Assembly: GCA_964016885.1 (NCBI GenBank)
Contig: OZ024764.1
Location: forward strand, 21,390,001 to 21,454,000
From: Eledone cirrhosa
Lineage: Eukaryota
DNA length: 64,000 bases
Reading direction: 5' to 3'
Shown here: piece after piece, positions 10,726 to 24,100 of the stretch
How the letters are laid out: the number at the start of each line of letters is the position of its first letter
How positions within the stretch are numbered: position 1 is the stretch's first letter
Position numbers and translations under genes: made by a program
The notes under the pieces: generated by a model
What the model was told of the DNA's origin: nothing
What the model saw: only the letters and a program-made list of their open reading frames with translations
The model's database searches: none

Positions 10726-10991
10726 CACACACGTCACTTGTTATAATTTTATAACTTTGTTCAACAGCACCACCAGCTCTCTCTCACACACACCCATTAT
10801 CTTTCTCTCTCTATTTATAAAGGTGCCAGAAAAACCCCATATCTCTGGAACCTGTGCATTGATTTACGTGAAACTTATTTTATCCCATCTGTATTCCCAT
10901 TTCAGGGTCAACTTCCTTTCAAACTATTTTCCCATTATGCCCCGTTTTGGCTGTATTACATTACAGACAAGACACAATCACAGAGTTTTAG
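10417..10991 (-). mobile_element. Non-autonomous Helitron, second copy, 5' terminus eroded
   Basis: Inverted homolog of 2840-3245. The minus strand ends CTAG then T (10417/10416), with perfect hairpin GTGACC-CAACA-GGTCAC (10428-10444) and shared TTACAGACAAGACACAATCACAGAGTTTTAG. Confidence 0.85.
10523..10731. repeat. Compound microsatellite (TA)n-TGC-(GT)n inside the Helitron
   Basis: Directly visible alternating TA and GT tracts; source of the YIYI/THTH/CVCV ORFs. Confidence 0.98.
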
Positions 10992-11050
10992 GTTTATAAT
11001 GTTATAGTATCATGATAGGGTAATACAGTTATTTATAGACCTGTGGTAAA

Positions 11051-11926
11051 TGTTGGTTCAGTCCACCCTGGGGAGTGTAAGTGTTGGTTCAGTCCACCCT
11101 GGGGGGTGTTAGTGTTGGTTCAGTCTACCCTGGGGGGTGTAAGTGTTGGTTCAGTCTACCCTGGGGGGTGTTAGTGTTGGTTCAGTCTACCCTGGGGGGT
11201 GTAAGTGTTGGTTCAGTCTACCCTGGGGGGTGTTAGTGTTGGTTCAGTCCACCCTGGGGGGTGTTAGTGTTGGTTCAGTCCACCCTGGGGGGTGTAAGTG
11301 TTGGTTCAGTCCACCCTGGGGGGTGTTAGTGTTGGTTCAGTCCACCCTGGGGGGTGTAAGTGTTGGTTCAGTCCACCCTGGGGGGTGTTAGTGTTGGTTC
11401 AGTCCACCCTGGGAGTGTTAGTGTTGGTTCAGTCCACTCTGGGGGTGTTAGTGTTGGTTCAGTCCACCCTGGGGAGTGTTAGTGTTGGTTCAGTCCACTC
11501 TGGGGGTGTTAGTGTTGGTTCAGTCCACCATGGGGAGTGTTAGTGTTGGTTCAGTCCACTCTGGGGGTGTTAGTGTTGGTTCAGTCCACCCTGGGGGGTG
11601 TCAGTGTTCGTCCAGTCCACTCTGGGGGTGTTAGTGTTGGTTCAGTCCAACCTGGGGGGTGTTAGTGTTGGTTCAGTCCACCCTGGAGGGGTGTTAGTGT
11701 TGGTTCAGTCCACCCTGGGGGGGTGTTAGTGTTGGTTCAGTCCACCCTGGGGGGGTGTTAGTGTTGGTTCAGTCCACCCTGGGGGGGTGTTAGTGTTGGT
11801 TCAGTCCACCCTGGGGGGGTGTTAGTGTTGGTTCAGTCCACTCTGGGGGGTGTTAGTGTTGGTTCAGTCCACCCTGGGGGGTGTAAGTGTTGGTTCAGTC
11901 TACCCTGAGGGGTGTCAGTGTTGGTC
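11051..11926 (+). repeat. 31-bp G-rich minisatellite, ~28 copies
   Basis: Unit AGTGTTGGTTCAGTCCACCCTGGGGGGTGTT, period 31 (11081, 11112), with variable G-run length. Confidence 0.98.
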
Positions 11927-11949
11927 AATGATAACCTTTATAACTAGAG

Positions 11950-12360
11950 GCCTGTTGGTGAGGACAAGCTGGAAGTGGTGACATCTTTCTGCTACCTGTG
12001 TGACATGTCAGCTGGAAGTGGAGCCAAGTTCACTGCCATCGTGCTGTGCCACTCCACAGGTAACAAGTTTAGGCAGCTTCTCCTAATCCTCAAGACATGC
12101 TGGCTACCATTAGACACCATGGGGCAGGTTTATAACACCTGTGGGAGAAGTGTGTTGTTTCATGCCAGCGAGACCTGGGCCATGTTATCTGCCTGTCTGA
12201 ATTGACTCTGAAGAAATGACAGCTATGATCCACTGGATGTGTAGTGTGACCATTGAGGATGATGTCAGCTCAACTGAGCTCTTAAAAAGACTGCTGATCG
12301 ACAACCTCAAGGATGTGTTTCACAGGAGACACATGCACTGGTATGGCCATGTTGTGCATT
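11950..12360 (+). mobile_element. RTE-clade LINE fragment (RT C-terminal region), decayed
   Basis: LEVVTSFCYL, YNTCGRSVLFHASETW, MIHWMCSV and WYGHVV in ORFs 11975 and 12216. Confidence 0.85.
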
Positions 12361-14575
12361 CTCTCTCAACTCATCTATGCTTGGTCGTTGATGCACATTG
12401 ACATTACACATCCAACGGAGCATACTTGCTTCATTTCTCTCCAGCCGTTGTATATCCTCCACAGTTGCTGTCCATGTCTCACTACCGTGCAGCATCACAC
12501 ATCTCACGCAGGCATCACCAGCCATTCGTTCTTAGGGAGAAACGCGTCTTTGTCAACAGAGGAAGCAGCTCCCTAAATGTCTTCCAACCCGTCCTTATTC
12601 TAGATACTATGGTCTCACAGCACCCTCACCCCTTGTGCTAATCTGATCACCTAGGTATCAAAAGCTATCAACCACCTCTGTAGATCCTACCTGCATTTGA
12701 AAAATGTGTCTATCACTGCAACTTCTACTGTCAAATTTCCCTGTACATCTACTGCATATGTAGTTTTCCATACCTGTTAGTTTGCCTGCTATCCCACTAC
12801 ATTTCTTGTGTACCCAAAATTTGCATTGTGTACATTATAGAATTTATGCCAGTTCCTTTTCTACATATCGAACAAGGCCATTTCCCTGATGGAATGACAG
12901 TTTTGTCCTCTTTTCTACTCATCAACACTTTAGTCTTAGCTAGGTTCACTCTCAGTCCTCTTGATTCCAACTGCTGTTGCAATAGCCGGAATTTATTCTC
13001 TAGCTCCTCTACTGATTCTGCTATAAGAACCACATCGTCATCATATTGAAGTTCCCATGGGCACCTAGTCTTAAACTCTTCTGTTATGACTTGGAGGACT
13101 CTAATGAACAAGAGCGGGCTGAGGACCGAAACCTGATGTACTCCTACTTGTATCTGGAATTCCTCACTAAACTCCATGCCTACCCTCACTTTACTGACAG
13201 TACATCTGTACATAGCTTGCACTGTCCTCACAAGCCATTCCTCTACACCTAGTTTCCTTAGGGACCACCAGATGACAGATTGGGGTACTCTATCAAAGGC
13301 CTTCTCTAGGTCAACAAAAACTAAGTATAGTGGTTTTCTTCTCTAAGAACCTCTCTTGTAGTTGTCTCACTAAGAAGAGGGCATCTGTTTGACCCTTTCT
13401 CTAAGTTGCGCTAGTATTCTTTCTGTCACTTTCATAACCTGATCCATCAGTTTTATGCCCCTATAATTACTCCCCTCCAGAACATCCCCTTTACCTTTAC
13501 CTCAATTTACGAGAATATTGCTGCACCAGTTTAATTCCTACTTCTCCTGATGCCTTCAGCATCTCAGCAACTATCCCCAACAGTCCAGCGGACCTACCAT
13601 TTTTCATTTCCTTAATTACCTCTTGGACCCTATAGTCAATCTCAATAGCTGCTCCCTCTGTCGGGTCTACTGAGGGTAGTTTCTCTCCCTTTCATTCTCC
13701 ACATTCATCAGTCTCTCATAATGACATTTCCAGGCCTCCTTTTTTTTGAGAATCAGTGACACTAAGTGCACCAACATCCTGATTTACACTGACACACTGC
13801 CTTGCAATGTGGAACACTACACATCTCTGATCTCCCCATCGCAGGACATTGGCAAACCTTCTACTCTCAGCCTCCCTGCATGTTAAGTAGACTTGACATC
13901 TAGCTTCTCTCTTAGCGGCTGTGTATCGGTCTCTACCCCTACCATTTTTCCAAGTCTTTTGTCTCTAATGGCTCTATCTACCGTGCTGTTCCACCACCAG
14001 GTCACTCACTGTCTGGTTGGAGCTCTGCTCCAGCCACAAGTTTCTTCAGTAACCTGCAGTAAGTTGTCACGTAAGAAATTCCAGTTATCATCTATGTCAT
14101 ACGACTCTAAATCATCTTCCTTTTCGTCATACACATCTTGAAGGGCTTTCCTAAATTCATATTTTAGTGAAAGGTCTTTTAGTTTCCAGACCTTCCTTTT
14201 TCACACTTTCTTGTATGTCTCATTTTGTCTCTTGCTTACTGAGATGTCACTAACGACTAACCTATGTTGGGGGGTTACATTGTTCCCTGGGGTATGCCTT
14301 AGTATTTGACACCATCTGTCTCTCTTACTGCCTAACGAGCAAGAAGTAAATCTGTCTCATGTGCACACCTGATTGGTAGGTTATTAGGTGGTTGGTAGGT
14401 TTCTTTAAGTATTGCAAATGGTTAGTTCACTTGCATCACAAAATACAATAAGCCTCACTCCTTCTTCATTTCTTGAGCCATAACCATGACCACCATGTAC
14501 CACAGTGTATCCATCCTGGAGCTGTCCAACATGACCATTGAAGTCCCCTGCTATTATAACTAGGTCTCTGTCCTT
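12361..14575 (-). mobile_element. RTE-clade LINE (APE endonuclease plus reverse transcriptase), decayed
   Basis: IIAGDFNGHVG endonuclease motif (GDFNGH at 14531-14548), FVDLEKAFDRVP (~13285-13320), VGVHQVSVLSPLLF, PWELQYDDDVVL (decayed YADD), WPCSICRKG and LHGSETW..MLRWMCNV. Many stops and frameshifts. Confidence 0.92.
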
Positions 14576-14579
14576 GTGG

Positions 14580-14911
14580 TTATCTCTACTTATTCCTTTT
14601 CTACATATGGAGCAGGGTCACTTTCCTGAAGGTGTCAGCGCCTTCTCTCCTATCCATTACCACTTTAGTTTTGGCTAAGTATATTCTCAGAACTTACCAT
14701 TTCAAATTCTATATCTATAGTTGGTCATCTACATAGAGAAGTTTCCATAGACAGCCAGTCTTAAACCTCTCTGTTATGGCTTGGAGAACTATGATGAACA
14801 ACAGTGGGCTGAGAACTAAACCATGATGAACTCCTACCTGTACCTTCAATTCCTCACTAAACACACTTTACTGACAGCTTCTCACAAGCCATTCTTCTAC
14901 ACCTAATTTCT
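14580..14911 (-). mobile_element. Second RTE RT-domain fragment
   Basis: Diverged, deleted homolog of ~12850-13260 (TTCCTTTTCTACATAT, AGTCTTAAAC, TTCCTCACTAAAC, CTCACAAGCCATT). Confidence 0.8.
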
Positions 14912-14915
14912 ATAA

Positions 14916-15123
14916 CCCTTTAGTATATAAACTGGCCATATCTGGCCAGAATTATCCCACATCTTTCTGTTCAAATTGGCTGTAACTGGTCACTTATACT
15001 TATGTTAAGGTATTGTTCTCAAAATAAGTAACATCAAAATCTCATAGATTTGATATTATGAGAGATAAAGCATTTACTGTGAAAATATAATAGTAAATAT
15101 AGAGTAATGTGAATACTAAAGGG
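14916..15123. mobile_element. piggyBac-like MITE, 208 bp
   Basis: TIRs CCCTTTAGTAT (14916-14926) / ATACTAAAGGG (15113-15123). Flanks are ATAA (14912-14915) and TTAA (15124-15127), matching the TTAA-CCC...GGG-TTAA signature with one mismatch. Confidence 0.82.
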
Positions 15124-18100
15124 TTAATCTAATGTCACTAATAACTACTTTTATCAGTCAGTTTAATCTAATGTCACTAATAACTACTTTTATCAGTCAG
15201 TTCAATCTAATGTCACTAATAACTACTTTTATCAGTCAGTTTAATCTAATGTAATAACTACTTTTATCAGTCAGTTTTAATCTAATGTCACTAATAACTA
15301 CTTTTATCTGTCAGTATAATATAAAGTCACTAATAACTACTTTTATCAGTCAGTATAATCTAATGTCACTAATAACTACTTTTATCTGTCAGTATAATCT
15401 AATGTCACTAATAACTACTTTTATCTGTCAGTATAATCTAATGTCACTAATAACTACTTTTATCTGTCAGTATAATCTAATGTCACTAATAACTACTTTT
15501 ATCAGTCAGTTTAATCTAATGTCACTAATAACTACTTTTATCAGTCAGTATAATCTAATGTCACTAATAACTACTTTTATCAGTCAGTTTAATCTAATGT
15601 CACTAATAACTACTTTTATCAGTCAGTTTAATCTAATGTAATAACTACTTTTATCAGTCAGTTTTAATCTAATGTCACTAATAACTACTTTTATCAGTCA
15701 GTTTAATCTAATGTCACTAATAACTACTTTTATCAATCAGTTTAATCTAATGTCACTAATAACTACTTTTATCAGTCAGTTTAATCTAATGTCACTAATA
15801 ACTACTTTTATCAGTCAGTTTAATCTAATGTCACTAATAACTACTTTTATCAGTCAGTTTAATCTAATGTAATAACTACTTTTATCAGTCAGTTTTAATC
15901 TAATGTCACTAATAACTACTTTTATCAGTGAGTTTAATCTAATGTAATAACTACTTTTATCAGTCAGTATAATCTAATGTCACTAATAACTACTTTTATC
16001 AGTCAGTTTTAATCTAATGTCACTAATAACTACTTTTATCAGTCAGTTTAATCTAATGTCACTAATAACTACTTTTATCAGTCAGTTTAATCTAATGTAA
16101 TAACTACTTTTATCAGTCAGTTTTAATCTAATGTCACTAATAACTACTTTTATCAGTCAGTTTAATCTAATGTAATAACTACTTTTATCAGTCAGTATAA
16201 TCTAATGTCACTAATAACTACTTTTATCAGTCAGTATAATCTAATGTCACTAATAACTACTTTTATCAGTCAGTTTAATCTAATGTCACTAATAACTACT
16301 TTTATCAGTCAGTTTAATCTAATGTCACTAATAACTACTTTTATCAGTCAGTATAATCGAATGTCACTAATAACTACTTTTATCAATCAGTTTAATCTAA
16401 TGTAATAACTACTTTTATCAGTCAGTATAATCTAATGTCACTAATAACTACTTGTATCAGTCAGTATAATCTAATGTCACTAATAACTACTTGTATCAGT
16501 CAGTATAATCTAATGTCACTAATAACTACTTTTATCAGTCAGTTTAATCTAATGTCACTAATAACTACTTTTATCAGTCAGTTTAATCTAATGTAATAAC
16601 TACTTTTATCAGTCAGTATAATCTAATGTCACTAATAACTACTTTTATCAGTCAGTATAATCTAATGTCACTAATAACTACTTTTATCAGTCAGTATAAT
16701 CTAATGTCACTAATAACTACTTTTATCAGTCAGTATAATCTAATGTCACTAATAACTACTTTTATCAGTCAGTATAATCTAATGTCACTAATAACTACTT
16801 TTATCAGTCAGTATAATCTAATGTCACTAATAACTACTTTTATCAGTCAGTTTAATCTAATGTCACTAATAACTACTTTTATCAGTCAGTTTAATCTAAT
16901 GTCACTAATAACTACTTTTATCAGTCAGTTTAATCTAATGTCACTAATAACTACTTTTATCAGTCAGTTTAATCTAATGTCACTAATAACTACTTTTATC
17001 AGTCAGTTTAATCTAATGTCACTAATAACTACTTTTATCAGTCAGTTTAATCTAATGTAATAACTACTTTTATCAGTCAGTTTTAATCTAATGTCACTAA
17101 TAACTACTTTTATCAGTCAGTTTAATCTAATGTAATAACTACTTTTATCAGTCAGTATAATCTAATGTCACTAATAACTACTTTTATCAGTCAGTTTTAA
17201 TCTAATGTCACTAATAACTACTTTTATCAGTCAGTTTAATCTAATGTCACTAATAACTACTTTTATCAGTCAGTTTAATCTAATGTAATAACTACTTTTA
17301 TCAGTCAGTTTTAATCTAATGTCACTAATAACTACTTTTATCAGTCAGTTTAATCTAATGTAATAACTACTTTTATCAGTCAGTATAATCTAATGTCACT
17401 AATAACTACTTTTATCAGTCAGTATAATCTAATGTCACTAATAACTACTTTTATCAGTCAGTTTAATCTAATGTCACTAATAACTACTTTTATCAGTCAG
17501 TTTAATCTAATGTCACTAATAACTACTTTTATCAGTCAGTATAATCGAATGTCACTAATAACTACTTTTATCAATCAGTTTAATCTAATGTAATAACTAC
17601 TTTTATCAGTCAGTATAATCTAATGTCACTAATAACTACTTGTATCAGTCAGTATAATCTAATGTCACTAATAACTACTTGTATCAGTCAGTATAATCTA
17701 ATGTCACTAATAACTACTTTTATCAGTCAGTTTAATCTAATGTCACTAATAACTACTTTTATCAGTCAGTTTAATCTAATGTAATAACTACTTTTATCAG
17801 TCAGTATAATCTAATGTCACTAATAACTACTTTTATCAGTCAGTATAATCTAATGTCACTAATAACTACTTTTATCAGTCAGTATAATCTAATGTCACTA
17901 ATAACTACTTTTATCAGTCAGTATAATCTAATGTCACTAATAACTACTTTTATCAGTCAGTTTAATCTAATGTCACTAATAACTACTTTTATCAGTCAGT
18001 ATAATCTAATGTCACTAATAACTACTTTTATCAGTCAGTTTAATCTAATGTCACTAATAACTACTTTTATCAGTCAGTTTAATCTAATGTCACTAATAAC

Positions 18101-21100
18101 TACTTTTATCAGTCAGTTTAATCTAATGTCACTAATAACTACTTTTATCAGTCAGTTTAATCTAATGTCACTAATAACTACTTTTATCAGTCAGTTTAAT
18201 CTAATGTCACTAATAACTACTTTTATCAGTCAGTTTAATCTAATGTAATAACTACTTTTATCAGTCAGTTTAATCTAATGTCACTAATAACTACTTTTAT
18301 CAGTCAGTTTAATCTAATGTCACTAATAACTACTTTTATCAGTCAGTTTAATCTAATGTCACTAATAACTACTTTTATCAGTCAGTTTAATCTAATGTCA
18401 CTAATAACTACTTTTATCAGTCAGTTTAATCTAATGTCACTAATAACTACTTTTATCAGTCAGTTTAATCTAATGTCACTAATAACTACTTTTATCAGTC
18501 AGTTCAATCTAATGTCACTAATAACTACTTTTATCAGTCAGTTCAATCTAATGTCACTAATAACTACTTTTATCAGTCAGTTTAATCTAATGTCACTAAT
18601 AACTACTTTTATCAGTCAGTATAATCTAATGTCACTAATAACTACTTTTATCAGTCAGTATAATCTAATGTCACTAATAACTACTTTTATCAGTCAGTTT
18701 AATCTAATGTAATAACTACTTTTATTCGTCAGTTTAATCTAATGTCACTAATAACTACTTTTATCAGTCAGTTTAATCTAATGTAATAACTACTTTTATC
18801 AGTCAGTATAATCTAATGTCACTAATAACTACTTTTATCAGTCAGTATAATCTAATGTCACTAATAACTACTTTTATCAGTCAGTATAATCTAATGTCAC
18901 TAATAACTACTTTTATCAGTCAGTATAATCTAATGTCACTAATAACTACTTTTATCAGTCAGTTTAATCTAATGTCACTAATAACTACTTTTATCAGTCA
19001 GTATAATCTAATGTCACTAATAACTACTTTTATCAGTCAGTATAATCTAATGTCACTAATAACTACTTTTATCAGTCAGTATAATCTAATGTCACTAATA
19101 ACAACTTTTATCAGTCAGTTTAATCTAATGTCACTAATAACTACTTTTATCAGTCAGTTTAATCTGTCACTAATAACTACTTTTATCAGTCAGTTTAATC
19201 TAATGTCACTAATAACTACTTTTATCAGTCAGTATAATCTACTGCCACTAATAACTACTTTTATCAGTCAGTATAATCTAATGTCACTAATAACAACTTT
19301 TATCAGTCAGTTTAATCTAATGTCACTAATAACTACTTTTATCAGTCAGTTTAATCTAATGTAATAACTACTTTTATCAGTCAGTATAATCTAATGTCAC
19401 TAATAACTACTTGTATCAGTCAGTATAATCTAATGTCACTAATAACTACTTGTATCAGTCAGTATAATCTAATGTCACTAATAACTACTTTTATCAGTCA
19501 GTTTAATCTAATGTCACTAATAACTACTTTTATCAGTCAGTATAATCGAATGTCACTAATAACTACTTTTATCAGTCAGTTTAATCTAATGTAATAACTA
19601 CTTTTATCAGTCAGTATAATCTAATGTCACTAATAACTAATTTTATCAGTCAGTATAATCTAATGTCACTAATAGCTACTTTTATCAGTCAGTATAATCT
19701 AATGTCACTAATAACTACTTTTATCAGTCAGTATAATCGAATGTCACTAATAACTACTTTTATCAGTCAGTATAATCTAATGTCACTAATAACTACTTTT
19801 ATCAGTCAGTTTAATCTAATGTCACTAATAACTACTTTTATCAGTCAGTATAATCGAATGTCACTAATAACTACTTTTATCAGTCAGTTTAATCTAATGT
19901 AATAACTACTTTTATCAGTCAGTATAATCTAATGTCACTAATAACTACTTTTATCAGTCAGTATAATCTAATGTCACTAATAGCTACTTTTATCAGTCAG
20001 TATAATCTAATGTCACTAATAACTACTTTTATCAGTCAGTATAATCGAATGTCACTAATAACTACTTTTATCAGTCAGTATAATCTAATGTCACTAATAA
20101 CTACTTTTATCAGTCAGTTTAATCTAATGTCACTAATAACTACTTTTATCAGTCAGTATAATCTAATGTCACTAATAACTACTTTTATCAGTCAGTTTAA
20201 TCTAATGTCACTAATAACTACTTTTATCAGTCAGTTTAATCTAATGTCACTAATAACTACTTTTATCAGTCAGTTTAATCTAATGTCACTAATAACTACT
20301 TTTATCAGTCAGTTTAATCTAATGTCACTAATAACTACTTTTATCAGTCAGTTTAATCTAATGTCACTAATAACTACTTTTATCAGTCAGTTTAATCTAA
20401 TGTAATAACTACTTTTATCAGTCAGTTTAATCTAATGTCACTAATAACTACTTTTATCAGTCAGTTTAATCTAATGTCACTAATAACTACTTTTATCAGT
20501 CAGTTTAATCTAATGTCACTAATAACTACTTTTATCAGTCAGTTTAATCTAATGTAATAACTACTTTTATCAGTCAGTTTAATCTAATGTCGCTAATAAC
20601 TACTTTTATCAGTCAGTTTAAACTAATGTCACTAATAACTACTTTTATCAGTCAGTTTAATCTAATGTCACTAATAACTACTTTTATCAGTCAGTTCAAT
20701 CTAATGTCACTAATAACTACTTTTATCAGTCAGTTCAATCTAATGTCACTAATAACTACTTTTATCAGTCAGTTTAATCTAATGTCACTAATAACTACTT
20801 TTATCAGTCAGTTTAATCTAATGTCACTAATAACTACTTTTATCAGTCAGTTTAATCTAATGTCACTAATAACTACTTTTATCAGTCAGTTTAATCTAAT
20901 GTAATAACTACTTTTATCAGTCAGTATAATCTAATGTCACTAATAACTACTTTTATCAGTCAGTTTTAATCTAATGTCACTAATAACTACTTTTATCAGT
21001 CAGTTTAATCTAATGTCACTAATAACTACTTTTATCAGTCAGTTTAATCTAATGTAATAACTACTTTTATCAGTCAGTTTTAATCTAATGTCACTAATAA

Positions 21101-24100
21101 CTACTTTTATCAGTCAGTTTAATCTAATGTAATAACTACTTTTATCAGTCAGTATAATCTAATGTCACTAATAACTACTTTTATCAGTCAGTATAATCTA
21201 ATGTCACTAATAACTACTTTTATCAGTCAGTTTAATCTAATGTCACTAATAACTACTTTTATCAGTCAGTTTAATCTAATGTCACTAATAACTACTTTTA
21301 TCAGTCAGTATAATCGAATGTCACTAATAACTACTTTTATCAATCAGTTTAATCTAATGTAATAACTACTTTTATCAGTCAGTATAATCTAATGTCACTA
21401 ATAACTACTTGTATCAGTCAGTATAATCTAATGTCACTAATAACTACTTGTATCAGTCAGTATAATCTAATGTCACTAATAACTACTTTTATCAGTCAGT
21501 TTAATCTAATGTCACTAATAACTACTTTTATCAGTCAGTTTAATCTAATGTAATAACTACTTTTATCAGTCAGTATAATCTAATGTCACTAATAACTACT
21601 TTTATCAGTCAGTATAATCTAATGTCACTAATAACTACTTTTATCAGTCAGTATAATCTAATGTCACTAATAACTACTTTTATCAGTCAGTATAATCTAA
21701 TGTCACTAATAACTACTTTTATCAGTCAGTATAATCTAATGTCACTAATAACTACTTTTATCAGTCAGTATAATCTAATGTCACTAATAACTACTTTTAT
21801 CAGTCAGTTTAATCTAATGTCACTAATAACTACTTTTATCAGTCAGTTTAATCTAATGTCACTAATAACTACTTTTATCAGTCAGTTTAATCTAATGTCA
21901 CTAATAACTACTTTTATCAGTCAGTTTAATCTAATGTCACTAATAACTACTTTTATCAGTCAGTTTAATCTAATGTCACTAATAACTACTTTTATCAGTC
22001 AGTTTAATCTAATGTAATAACTACTTTTATCAGTCAGTTTTAATCTAATGTCACTAATAACTACTTTTATCAGTCAGTTTAATCTAATGTAATAACTACT
22101 TTTATCAGTCAGTATAATCTAATGTCACTAATAACTACTTTTATCAGTCAGTTTTAATCTAATGTCACTAATAACTACTTTTATCAGTCAGTTTAATCTA
22201 ATGTCACTAATAACTACTTTTATCAGTCAGTTTAATCTAATGTAATAACTACTTTTATCAGTCAGTTTTAATCTAATGTCACTAATAACTACTTTTATCA
22301 GTCAGTTTTAATCTAATGTCACTAATAACTACTTTTATCAGTCAGTTTAATCTAATGTAATAACTACTTTTATCAGTCAGTATAATCTAATGTCACTAAT
22401 AACTACTTTTATCAGTCAGTATAATCTAATGTCACTAATAACTACTTTTATCAGTCAGTTTAATCTAATGTCACTAATAACTACTTTTATCAGTCAGTTT
22501 AATCTAATGTCACTAATAACTACTTTTATCAGTCAGTATAATCGAATGTCACTAATAACTACTTTTATCAATCAGTTTAATCTAATGTAATAACTACTTT
22601 TATCAGTCAGTATAATCTAATGTCACTAATAACTACTTGTATCAGTCAGTATAATCTAATGTCACTAATAACTACTTGTATCAGTCAGTATAATCTAATG
22701 TCACTAATAACTACTTTTATCAGTCAGTTTAATCTAATGTCACTAATAACTACTTTTATCAGTCAGTTTAATCTAATGTAATAACTACTTTTATCAGTCA
22801 GTATAATCTAATGTCACTAATAACTACTTTTATCAGTCAGTATAATCTAATGTCACTAATAACTACTTTTATCAGTCAGTATAATCTAATGTCACTAATA
22901 ACTACTTTTATCAGTCAGTATAATCTAATGTCACTAATAACTACTTTTATCAGTCAGTTTAATCTAATGTCACTAATAACTACTTTTATCAGTCAGTATA
23001 ATCTAATGTCACTAATAACTACTTTTATCAGTCAGTTTAATCTAATGTCACTAATAACTACTTTTATCAGTCAGTTTAATCTAATGTCACTAATAACTAC
23101 TTTTATCAGTCAGTTTAATCTAATGTCACTAATAACTACTTTTATCAGTCAGTTTAATCTAATGTCACTAATAACTACTTTTATCAGTCAGTTTAATCTA
23201 ATGTCACTAATAACTACTTTTATCAGTCAGTTTAATCTAATGTAATAACTACTTTTATCAGTCAGTTTAATCTAATGTCACTAATAACTACTTTTATCAG
23301 TCAGTTTAATCTAATGTCACTAATAACTACTTTTATCAGTCAGTTTAATCTAATGTCACTAATAACTACTTTTATCAGTCAGTTTAATCTAATGTCACTA
23401 ATAACTACTTTTATCAGTCAGTTTAATCTAATGTCACTAATAACTACTTTTATCAGTCAGTTTAATCTAATGTCACTAATAACTACTTTTATCAGTCAGT
23501 TCAATCTAATGTCACTAATAACTACTTTTATCAGTCAGTTCAATCTAATGTCACTAATAACTACTTTTATCAGTCAGTTTAATCTAATGTCACTAATAAC
23601 TACTTTTATCAGTCAGTATAATCTAATGTCACTAATAACTACTTTTATCAGTCAGTATAATCTAATGTCACTAATAACTACTTTTATCAGTCAGTTTAAT
23701 CTAATGTAATAACTACTTTTATCCGTCAGTTTAATCTAATGTCACTAATAACTACTTTTATCAGTCAGTTTAATCTAATGTAATAACTACTTTTATCAGT
23801 CAGTATAATCTAATGTCACTAATAACTACTTTTATCAGTCAGTATAATCTAATGTCACTAATAACTACTTTTATCAGTCAGTATAATCTAATGTCACTAA
23901 TAACTACTTTTATCAGTCAGTATAATCTAATGTCACTAATAACTACTTTTATCAGTCAGTTTAATCTAATGTCACTAATAACTACTTTTATCAGTCAGTA
24001 TAATCTAATGTCACTAATAACTACTTTTATCAGTCAGTATAATCTAATGTCACTAATAACTACTTTTATCAGTCAGTATAATCTAATGTCACTAATAACA

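Noticed and set aside
10406-11543. ORFs rich in YI/TH/CV or LVQSTLGG
   Set aside because: They are translations of the microsatellite and the 31-bp minisatellite.
11950-14911. Active LINE or novel reverse-transcriptase system
   Set aside because: Ordinary RTE fragments with many stops and frameshifts and a mutated YADD motif.
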